From an uncultured Ruminococcus sp. (lineage in GTDB: Bacteria; Bacillota; Clostridia; Oscillospirales; Acutalibacteraceae): a stretch of DNA of 51,992 nucleotides. Shown here in pieces: positions 10,017 through 17,631 of the stretch. A model generated the notes under the pieces. It worked only from the letters and a program-made list of their open reading frames with translations, made no database searches and was not told the origin of the DNA. Location: contig CACWTM010000023.1 of the NCBI GenBank assembly GCA_902763855.1, forward strand, positions 1-51,992. The letters are read 5' to 3'. The first letter of the stretch is position 1, and every line of letters starts with the position of its first letter. Position numbers and translations under genes: made by a program.

Positions 10017-10397
10017 TCATTGAGATGTTTCATCGCTTGCTTTCGGATCGGATTTGCGTGCAGCTTTCAAATAGATCGCTTGAATTTCCGTCAGAAACGC
10101 GAGTTTATCTTCCTCAGATAATGCATCGCTTTCAAATATTTCGGTCACGGTTTTCAAAACTTCCTGCCGATTTTCGATATAGCTTTCAGGCGTCGGGTTG
10201 ACTCCGTACATCAAATATCTGGCAGAAGATCCGAGCGCTGCCGCAAGTTTTTCAATCGATTCTATCTTCGGTTTGCTGGTTCCCGCCTCATAATTTTGGA
10301 TGGTTCTCGGGGAGAGTCCGCTCATTTCTGCAAGCTGTGTGCGAGATAATTTCTGGCGTTTTCTCATTACCTGAAGACGGTTTCCGATATTTTTCAT
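10017..10397 (-). CDS. XRE/HTH_3 repressor of the element
   Basis: IGNRLQVMRKRQKLSRTQLAEMSGLSPRTIQNYEAG; GAGGTG RBS. Confidence 0.85.
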   Translation of the reverse strand: MKNIGNRLQVMRKRQKLSRTQLAEMSGLSPRTIQNYEAGTSKPKIESIEKLAAALGSSARYLMYGVNPTPESYIENRQEVLKTVTEIFESDALSEEDKLAFLTEIQAIYLKAARKSDPKASDETSQ

Positions 10398-10411
10398 TTA
10401 AAACACCTCAA

Positions 10412-10552
10412 AATTTTAGCAGTTTTTTGCTAAATATCTATTGACAAACAGGAATATATTTGCTAATATATAAACTGTAACGGGCAAAAACTTGCCTGTT
10501 TTGTTATGATGTTATCATAGTTCTGCTAAAATGTCAACGGATATTTTAGCAG
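10412..10552. promoter_or_regulatory. Face-to-face sigma-A promoters with repeated TTTAGCA/TGCTAAA operator-like sites
   Basis: Plus strand TTGACA(10441)-17-TAATAT(10464); minus strand TTGACA(10537-32)-17-TAACAT(10514-09); both have extended -10 TG; inverted repeats at 10414-10434 and 10523-10552. Confidence 0.65.
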
Positions 10553-10589
10553 ATAATTGCCTCTTCTCTAATTATTTTGATCGGTAATA

Positions 10590-10945
10590 TAAAACCATGA
10601 AAACTGAATAAAGATGTATCTTCAACCTTCCCTGCGGTGCGTGTAACATCAGAACCACGCAAGCCAGCTGAGTCAGAGAAATATGGCGAGTATCTCTCAG
10701 GGCTCTGATATCGGGGTGCAACCCCCGATGTGGGCAATGATAGCCGTAGGGTAACAATGATACTTCCATCCAGCCACAGTCCGAGCGTTAGAAGCGTCGC
10801 AGGCAATGGGGATGGCCGGTGGGAACCGGTGGCGTCACATGATACCAATGCGGTCAAAGGCATGACCTGAAGATATATCTCCCGAATGATCGCACGGATC
10901 AATCGGAACTTTAAAAATATCCTACGGGATAACTATACCCTTTTT
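10590..10945 (+). ncRNA. Candidate structured non-coding leader RNA
   Basis: No credible ORF; hairpins at 10710-10729, 10816-10829 (GGGA loop), 10882-10906 and 10919-10930 (C-UACG-G loop). Confidence 0.45.
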
Positions 10946-11027
10946 CAGTCGTATCAATTGTAGTTTCAGCTCACGGATTGTTGCTTTTGACGAATCTCGT
11001 TTAGATTCGATTTTGAAGCAGGAGAAA

Positions 11028-11134
11028 AGAGGGTGGCTTGCTTTTCGCCACCCTCTCCCTCACTTCGGACGGCAGAGCCGACCGTTAAGCCATTTTTGAG
11101 AGGTATTCGATCTCCTCTTTTAGGTGGCTTGCTT
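11028..11134. promoter_or_regulatory. oriT-like region
   Basis: Perfect IR AGAGGGTGGC/GCCACCCTCT (11028-11056); direct repeat GGTGGCTTGCTT at 11032 and 11123; upstream of an RHH accessory gene. Confidence 0.4.
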
Positions 11135-11226
11135 GAAGAAATTTTGAAATGAATTCGGCTATATGAACCGATTTTGCCGATATTTCAAGCCTAAAACAAT
11201 GGATAACAAAAAAGGGAGGTGAAATT

Positions 11227-11631
11227 ATGCCCAAAACAAAAAAGAAAAGTGTGCGTTATTCTCTGAATGAGGAAACAGTCGAAATGATTCAGAATAACTA
11301 CAGAAAAGCACACTGCCGTTATCCGGCACACTATGTTGAGAAAGCGGTAGACTTTTATACCGGTTATATTAACTCAGATCGCGACAGTTATTATCTGCCG
11401 AAAGCGTTGCTTTCTAACCTGAAAGCCATCATTGACGTCGCTATGTCACAACAGAATCGTATGCTGTTTAAGCAGGCGGTAGAGATCGCTATGATCGAAA
11501 ATATCCTCACGGTTATCGGCGATTTAGATCACGGTGACGTCGATCGTTTACGCGGTGATTGCGTGGAAATCGTCAAGCGAACGAATGGCAATTTCAAGTT
11601 CGAAAATGCGATTAATTGGCAAAGAAGATAA
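11227..11631 (+). CDS. Ribbon-helix-helix relaxosome-accessory-like protein
   Basis: N-terminal strand-helix-helix (SVRYSL..YVEKAVDFY) and RMLFKQAVE..LRGDCV..NG pattern, resembling proteins I recall upstream of clostridial MOBP relaxases; GGAGGT RBS. Confidence 0.55.
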   Translation: MPKTKKKSVRYSLNEETVEMIQNNYRKAHCRYPAHYVEKAVDFYTGYINSDRDSYYLPKALLSNLKAIIDVAMSQQNRMLFKQAVEIAMIENILTVIGDLDHGDVDRLRGDCVEIVKRTNGNFKFENAINWQRR

Positions 11632-11836
11632 AGAGATTTTAGCTGAATAATCAGGAATAATCTACCAAAAATAATGATAGTTTTCATTCGAAAAAGGAGG
11701 AAGATCACGTGAAAACTTTCCATGTACTTTACAAAGATTACACGATAGATTCGAGGTGGTTTCGACACTGAGCGCAACAGATTTTCGGTAAAGCGATGAT
11801 GCTTTATGTTGAGTTTATTTTCGGGAGGCGAGCCGT

Positions 11837-12172
11837 ATGCAAATCGATGTTCATAACGATAAGAAGCTGGTATGCATTTGGCTCAGCCATAAAGAGGCGG
11901 ATCAGATGGAGAAAACAGAGGAACATCTGAAAACTCTGTACGCCAAATACAAAAAGATAAAATACCATGTCGCTGTATTTCAACCCGGACACGAGGACGT
12001 GTTTGAGCTGACAAGCGAGCTGTTAAAATACAACCGAAGGCTCTTTGCAGAGCGCGAAGTTCAGGCAGAGAAAGAACGGAACAAGGCTGAACAGCAAGCT
12101 GAGACGCCTGACGATGAACCGCTCGACGAAGAATATTATGAAGAAAGTAACGCACCGATTATGGTGATGTAA
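11837..12172 (+). CDS. Small hypothetical protein upstream of the recombinase
   Basis: GGGAGG RBS, 111 aa, acidic tail. Confidence 0.7.
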   Translation: MQIDVHNDKKLVCIWLSHKEADQMEKTEEHLKTLYAKYKKIKYHVAVFQPGHEDVFELTSELLKYNRRLFAEREVQAEKERNKAEQQAETPDDEPLDEEYYEESNAPIMVM

Positions 12173-12180
12173 ACATGAAT

Positions 12181-12208
12181 GGGGGCGCCGATTTCGGTCG
12201 GCGTCCCT
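12181..12208 (+). terminator. GC hairpin between the small ORF and the recombinase
   Basis: GGGGCGCCGA-tttcgg-TCGGCGTCCC. Confidence 0.45.
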
Positions 12209-12294
12209 TAACTTCATTTGAAATATCTCTTGCTTTATGCAGATAAATATGATACAATATTATCTACAATATAAGAAAAAGAAGGTGGAAAATA

Positions 12295-14460
12295 TTGACA
12301 GAAACATATGATATCGCAGGCTATTGTCGTATCTCTGTCGACGAGGAACAGGATCGTGACAACACCTCGATCGAGAACCAGAAGCACATGATCGAGGAAT
12401 TTGTCAAAGAGAAATTCCCCGACAGCTCGCTGACTTTCTTCGAAGATCGTGACCGTTCGGGCTACACCTTTGAACAGCGCGAGGGCTATCAGAAGATGCG
12501 CAAAAAGCTCCTTGACCATCAGCTCGATATCCTGGTCGTCAAAGACTTCTCCCGATTCTCACGCCGCAACAGTCGCGGATTGGTGGAGCTGGAGGATCTG
12601 CGTGACTTCGGCGTGCGCATCATTTCCATCGGCGACGGGATCGACTTTCCGAACGACGATGACTGGCTGAAAATACAGTTCCACTTCCTTCTCAACGAGA
12701 TGCCCGTCACCGACGCATCCAAAAAGGTTCGCGCCGTCGTGAAGCATCGTCAGCAGGACGGCAAATGGATCTGCGCCGCGCCATACGGCTACATCATCAA
12801 CGCACGGCAGGAGTTTGAGGTCGTTCCCACCGAAGCGGATATCGTCCGCACAATCTTCAAGCTGTATCAGGACGGCTGGGGCTACAAGAAGATCGCCAAT
12901 CATCTGACCGACGAAGGCATCCCCACGCCGCGTATGTCGGAGCGACAGCGCAAAGAAGCCGAGGGCAAAGACTACAAGCGAGAGATCAAGTCCGCTTGGG
13001 CGATCGCAACGGTGGAAGGAATTCTGAAAAATGACTTCTACATCGGCACGATGCGCGCAAGCAAATACACCCGCAAGAAGATCAACGGCAAAGATATCAA
13101 GCGTGACGAGAGCGATCATATCGTCATCGAGAACCATCACCAGGCGATCATCACTTACCGTGAATTCGCCACGGTGCGAGCGCTGCTCGAGAGCCGTTCC
13201 ACAAATCACTATCGCGGTCAGAAAAAGTATGATAATGTATATTCGGGATTCCTCGAGTGCGGCGACTGCGGCAGTCCGATGTTCGCCATGAGCCGTTCCG
13301 ATCTCAAAGAAGCATATCGCTGCGGCACCTATCACCGTCGCGGCGCAAAGGCTTGCTCCAGTCACCATATTCGTGTGGAAACGCTCGACGCCATGCTCAA
13401 AGAATACATTCAGAAGGTGCTGGACAATTCACAAAACGCATTGGAAAAGCTGAACGCCGAACTCGCAAACGAGGACAAGGATATCGCCGAGACCGACAGA
13501 AGCGCGGAAAACCTCGAAGAAGTCCTCCTTGAACTACAGGAAGAGCTGAAAGCGACAAAGCGTCAGCGCATCCGTGACATCGTCAAGCACCCCGATCAGG
13601 AAAGCATCCTCGAGGAAACCTATGACGAGCTGGAAGATGATCTGACAAAGCGCATCTCGGGACTGCAAAAGCAGATCGATCTGACGACCGACAAGCGCAA
13701 CACGATCATCCGCGTGAACCGCGCGGAGAAAACGGCGCTCGAGGTATTCGACGATATCCTGCATAAGGAGAAGCTCGACCGCAACGACCTGCAGCTCGTG
13801 ATCGACCGCATCTACGTCTATGAAGATCGCATCGTCATCAAGCTGAAAGCGGATATCGCGACCCTGCTGTGTATCGGCGATCTTGACGAAGATACGGAGG
13901 ACGCCGTAAATTTTAAGCAAGGCATCATAAACAGCTTATCAACCGTCTTTGTTCAGCATATTTCTAATGCAAAGGACAAGGTTTATGATGTCAATGTTAT
14001 CAGTGACGGTGACCCGCTGGAGATATACACCGCGACGGATGGAGAGGTTATCTTCAAGAAATATTCACCGGTCGGGGAACTGAGCGAATTTGCGGCGCAG
14101 TACGCGGACGTGCTCTCGCGGATCAGCGCGATGCCGACACTGATCTGTGACCGCGATCATGTGATTGCGGCAGCAGGCGTCAGCAGGCGCGAATACCTCG
14201 AACGCAGGATCACGCCGGTGCTCGAAAACTATATGGAGAGCCGCCGCTCCTACAGCGCGCATCAAAGCTCCGTCGACAACGTCCTGCCGGTCGAAGGGCT
14301 GAATCAGCCCGCGGCAGTCATCTACCCCATCATCGCTGCCGGAGATGTAACGGGTGCGGTAGTGATGCTCAAAGGAGATCGTGTCCAAAACCCTACCGAA
14401 ACAGAGCTCAAGCTCGCCCAATCCGCCGCGGCATTTCTCGGCAAGCAAATGGAAGAATAG
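12295..14460 (+). CDS. Large serine recombinase fused in frame to the C-terminal ~150 aa of SpoVT
   Basis: YCRIS catalytic motif, DRDRSG, KDFSRFSR, APYGY, zinc ribbon CGDCG...YRC..C, coiled coil; from ~residue 571 DGDPLEIY..GEVIFKKYSP...AAFLGKQME. Confidence 0.9.
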   Translation: MTETYDIAGYCRISVDEEQDRDNTSIENQKHMIEEFVKEKFPDSSLTFFEDRDRSGYTFEQREGYQKMRKKLLDHQLDILVVKDFSRFSRRNSRGLVELEDLRDFGVRIISIGDGIDFPNDDDWLKIQFHFLLNEMPVTDASKKVRAVVKHRQQDGKWICAAPYGYIINARQEFEVVPTEADIVRTIFKLYQDGWGYKKIANHLTDEGIPTPRMSERQRKEAEGKDYKREIKSAWAIATVEGILKNDFYIGTMRASKYTRKKINGKDIKRDESDHIVIENHHQAIITYREFATVRALLESRSTNHYRGQKKYDNVYSGFLECGDCGSPMFAMSRSDLKEAYRCGTYHRRGAKACSSHHIRVETLDAMLKEYIQKVLDNSQNALEKLNAELANEDKDIAETDRSAENLEEVLLELQEELKATKRQRIRDIVKHPDQESILEETYDELEDDLTKRISGLQKQIDLTTDKRNTIIRVNRAEKTALEVFDDILHKEKLDRNDLQLVIDRIYVYEDRIVIKLKADIATLLCIGDLDEDTEDAVNFKQGIINSLSTVFVQHISNAKDKVYDVNVISDGDPLEIYTATDGEVIFKKYSPVGELSEFAAQYADVLSRISAMPTLICDRDHVIAAAGVSRREYLERRITPVLENYMESRRSYSAHQSSVDNVLPVEGLNQPAAVIYPIIAAGDVTGAVVMLKGDRVQNPTETELKLAQSAAAFLGKQMEE
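14005..14460 (+). pseudogene. spoVT: 3' part of interrupted spoVT (end of AbrB domain plus GAF domain); first ~29 codons missing
   Basis: Matches B. subtilis SpoVT GDPLEIF..GEVILKKYSP, ICDRD, PI..GD..GAV, AAxFLxxQME; no MKATGIVRRID N-terminus seen in the window. Confidence 0.85.
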
Positions 14461-14469
14461 GCAAAAGAA

Positions 14470-14498
14470 AACCGCTGTACCAACGCAGTACAGCGGTT
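14470..14498. terminator. Hairpin between convergent genes
   Basis: AACCGCTGTAC/GTACAGCGGTT. Confidence 0.65.
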
Positions 14499-14502
14499 CT
14501 GC

Positions 14503-15204
14503 CTATTTTAAGAACTTTTTTAACGTCGTTTCATCCTGGTGCGGAAACAGCCGGATAAAATGCTCCATCAGCCGCTCATAGGATTCTTCGGGTGATCGCC
14601 GGTACACAGCAGAGGTGAAGGCTTTTCCCATCAACACCTCAGGCGTTGTATACTCCGCTACGCCCCAACCGTACGACTCACCGTTCTTGTTTTTAAGATA
14701 CACAAAGTCGTTGACCAGCACATAACACTGACTTTGCAGGCGGGTAATCATTGTATCAAAGCCCTTGACGCCGCCCTTGCGGTAATCTCCGCGCTTTTTC
14801 AGCTCTTTGGACAGGATCGGCGCGTGCGATTCGATCAGATCATAGAGCTGTTTGTCCTTTAAGGGAACGAGACCGTCGTCAAAACGCGCGTCAAAATCAT
14901 AGCCGTCACGACGATAGTTCGCAAAATCAGGGAACCACTCAGAGCTGATATAGCAGGCTTTTTTTCCAAAAAACTTGCCGTAAGCACAGCCTGTCTGCCG
15001 GATCACGGGGCCTTTCCACTCCCAGACAGGCCAGCTGCCGTCGACGGTGTTATACCAGCACCCCTGTGTGACGTGCTCTTCGATCGAGAATCCCTCGATT
15101 GAATTGGTAAAAAACGGCAAAAAACCGAATTTTTGTATAGCGTTTATCAGGTCATCCATGCTGTTGATGGTCAAATCTTCCAGCTTCACGGCATCCCCCG
15201 TCAA
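14503..15204 (-). CDS. AlkZ-related winged-helix protein
   Basis: GFLPFF, WEWKGP, YGKFFGKKA, YGWGVAEY. Confidence 0.6.
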   Translation of the reverse strand: MTGDAVKLEDLTINSMDDLINAIQKFGFLPFFTNSIEGFSIEEHVTQGCWYNTVDGSWPVWEWKGPVIRQTGCAYGKFFGKKACYISSEWFPDFANYRRDGYDFDARFDDGLVPLKDKQLYDLIESHAPILSKELKKRGDYRKGGVKGFDTMITRLQSQCYVLVNDFVYLKNKNGESYGWGVAEYTTPEVLMGKAFTSAVYRRSPEESYERLMEHFIRLFPHQDETTLKKFLK

Positions 15205-15491
15205 TGATATCTGACGCGAAAACCGCGTTCGTCGGGATCGACGTCGATGGTTTTTTCTTCCATATAGTCGATGCGGATATATCTGCCGCGTTGGATGCCC
15301 TCGATGGTATCTGCAATCTGGCGCTCGGTACCCTGGATCTCCATCGTCACCGAGCCGTCATACTCGTTCCGCACCCATCCGGTCGCACTACACAGGTCGG
15401 CGGCGCTTTTGGCATAATAGCGGAAACCAACCGCCTGAACGCTGCCGTAAAAGCGGATATATTTTCGGATTATGTTTCTTTTTGTAAACAT
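15201..15491 (-). CDS. acyP: Acylphosphatase
   Basis: GSVQAVGFR, GWVRNEYDGSV; ATG at 15491 with GGAGG RBS. Confidence 0.8.
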   Translation of the reverse strand: MFTKRNIIRKYIRFYGSVQAVGFRYYAKSAADLCSATGWVRNEYDGSVTMEIQGTERQIADTIEGIQRGRYIRIDYMEEKTIDVDPDERGFRVRYH

Positions 15492-15989
15492 CCTGCCCCT
15501 CCGATATTGCCTAATGAGGATTTTTATGGTATCATCATATAATTGAATGATGATGTTGTCAAGAGCCGAATCATCGCTGTTAACGGTGAAGAGAATTGAC
15601 TCTACCGACAGGAGTGCGGAGATTTTCGTCACCACCCTGCAGCTTTGAGCGCAAGAATACACGGTCGGAATTTCCCGCTGTCATGCGAACCCTACCGTTG
15701 GTAGAGAGAAAAAATCGCTCTACATCCGGTAGACAGAACTCCTCTTTTATCTACCGAAGAGGTTGGTTATCGTAGACGAAAAAATTTCAAAAATAGCTTT
15801 TCTTTTTCCGCAATAATATTTATAATAGAATTGACATGTATGGGTCGCTTTCGGTCGGATCGCGCAGTGCAAACCACAACGTTTGAGAAACGCCTGAAAC
15901 ACATCGGTACGGCAAACGATATCGCGCGATTAGCAACCGACGTGACCGTATTGGACATACGCAGATATCGTATAAGGGAGGGAGCAGGT

Positions 15990-16793
15990 CTGGACAAGCG
16001 AGACGTCATCTACTACAGCGACGAGCTGAACGATGAGTTTTCTACCGCGGTGATCGAGCCGCGCAAGATCGACGAAAGCTATATTTACGACAGACACGGC
16101 TTTTTCCGGGCAGTCAGCCGCTTTTTTTGGTACCGTATCATCGCGACCCCCTGCGCGTTTCTCTATGTCAAGCTCCATCTCCACCAGCGCACTGTCGGCA
16201 GAGAAAAACTCAAGCCCTTTCGCAAACGGGGCATTTACCTCTACGGCAACCACACGCAGGCGGTAGGCGATCCGTTCACACCGAATGTCTTTTGCTTTCC
16301 GCAGAGGGTATCGTTCATCGTCCACCCCAACAACGTGTCGATGCCCGTTTTGGGACGAATCAATCCCTCGCTGGGCGCGATCCCGCTGCCCGATACGCGC
16401 GAAGCATACCGCAGCTTCAACACCTGTATACAGGGACGTATCGAGAAGAACGGCGCGGTTGTGATCTATCCGGAAGCGCATATCTGGCCGTACTACACCA
16501 AGATCAGACCTTTTCCCGACGGCTCCTTCGGCTATCCCTGCAAGGACGACTCGCCGGTGTTCTGCTTTGTAAACACCTACCAAAAGCGCGGCAACAAAAA
16601 ATCTCCGCGCATGGTCACCTACATCGAAGGCCCCTTTTACCCTGACATGGATCTGTCGCTCAAACAGCGCAGAAAAAAGCTGCGCGACGAAGTATATGAA
16701 ACCATGTGCCGCCTGTCGGAACACTCTGACACGGAGGTCATCCGATACATACGAAAGGAAAATGCCGCGGATCATCCGGCGGCTGAAACATAA
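15990..16793 (+). CDS. PlsC-type lysophospholipid acyltransferase (probable CTG start)
   Basis: NHTQAVGD (NHx4D-like), YPEAH; RBS AAGGGAGG 8 nt before CTG. Confidence 0.75.
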   Translation: MDKRDVIYYSDELNDEFSTAVIEPRKIDESYIYDRHGFFRAVSRFFWYRIIATPCAFLYVKLHLHQRTVGREKLKPFRKRGIYLYGNHTQAVGDPFTPNVFCFPQRVSFIVHPNNVSMPVLGRINPSLGAIPLPDTREAYRSFNTCIQGRIEKNGAVVIYPEAHIWPYYTKIRPFPDGSFGYPCKDDSPVFCFVNTYQKRGNKKSPRMVTYIEGPFYPDMDLSLKQRRKKLRDEVYETMCRLSEHSDTEVIRYIRKENAADHPAAET

Positions 16794-16794
16794 T

Positions 16795-17616
16795 ATGCTG
16801 AACGTACTGTTTTGCGGCAACGACGGCGTGTTTGACGGCTTTCTGACCTGCGCGCTTTCGATGATGATGCGCACAAAATCCAGAGAACCCTTCTCATTTC
16901 ACATCTTCACGATGTCGCTGACGCGGATTGATAAGCGATATACGCCGATCCCCGACGACCACGTCAGGATGTTCAATCAAACGGTTAAGGAATTTAACCC
17001 GAAAAACACAGTCAAGGTAACGAACGTGACCGCACTGTATGAAAAGGAGCTGGGCAAATGCCCGAACGAGGGCGCGTACTGCTCGCCCTATACACTGATT
17101 CGCCTGTTGGCGGACATGGTGCCGGGAATGCCCGACAAGCTGCTTTACCTCGACGCTGATATCATGTTCAACCGCGATCCGCACCTGCTCTATGATACCG
17201 ACGTCAGCGCGGTGGAATATGCCGCCGCAAGAGATCACTACGGCAAATACCTTCTATATCCGAACTACGTCAACGCGGGCGTAGTCCTGTTCAACATGAA
17301 AAAGTGCCGCGAAACAGGGCTTTTTACAAAGGCACGCGCGGAGCTGAGAAGAAAAATGTTTCTCTTTGCCGACCAAACGGCGCTCATCCATGCCACCGCC
17401 AAGAAAAAAATGTTGCCCCAGCGGTTCAACGATCAGAAATTTCTGCACGACCACACCGTGGTACGGCATTTTTCCAAACGCCTTTTCTGGCTGCCCTTTC
17501 CTCACACCGAAAACATCAAACAGTGGCAGGTAGACAAAGTGCATGAGATTTTTCGCTATCATCAGTTTGACGATATCCTCGATAAATACCAAGAGCTGAT
17601 GAAACAGATGAGATAA
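16795..17616 (+). CDS. GT8-family glycosyltransferase
   Basis: LYLDAD, NAGVVLFN, DQ motifs; alternative start at 16762. Confidence 0.8.
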   Translation: MLNVLFCGNDGVFDGFLTCALSMMMRTKSREPFSFHIFTMSLTRIDKRYTPIPDDHVRMFNQTVKEFNPKNTVKVTNVTALYEKELGKCPNEGAYCSPYTLIRLLADMVPGMPDKLLYLDADIMFNRDPHLLYDTDVSAVEYAAARDHYGKYLLYPNYVNAGVVLFNMKKCRETGLFTKARAELRRKMFLFADQTALIHATAKKKMLPQRFNDQKFLHDHTVVRHFSKRLFWLPFPHTENIKQWQVDKVHEIFRYHQFDDILDKYQELMKQMR

Positions 17617-17631
17617 CGGAGGAGAAAATCA

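Larger units (their letters stand above)
1..14005. mobile_element. Integrated element (IME/ICE-like defence island) inserted in spoVT; left end lies outside the window
   Basis: Defence cargo, XRE repressor, mob accessory gene and a terminal large serine recombinase whose ORF switches to SpoVT sequence at ~14005; cargo visibly more AT-rich than the downstream host genes. Confidence 0.8.

Noticed and set aside
10546-10902. 118-aa minus strand ORF
   Set aside because: No RBS or motif; overlaps the structured RNA candidate
15831-15989. N-terminal extension of the acyltransferase
   Set aside because: No RBS, and the sequence folds as a non-coding leader
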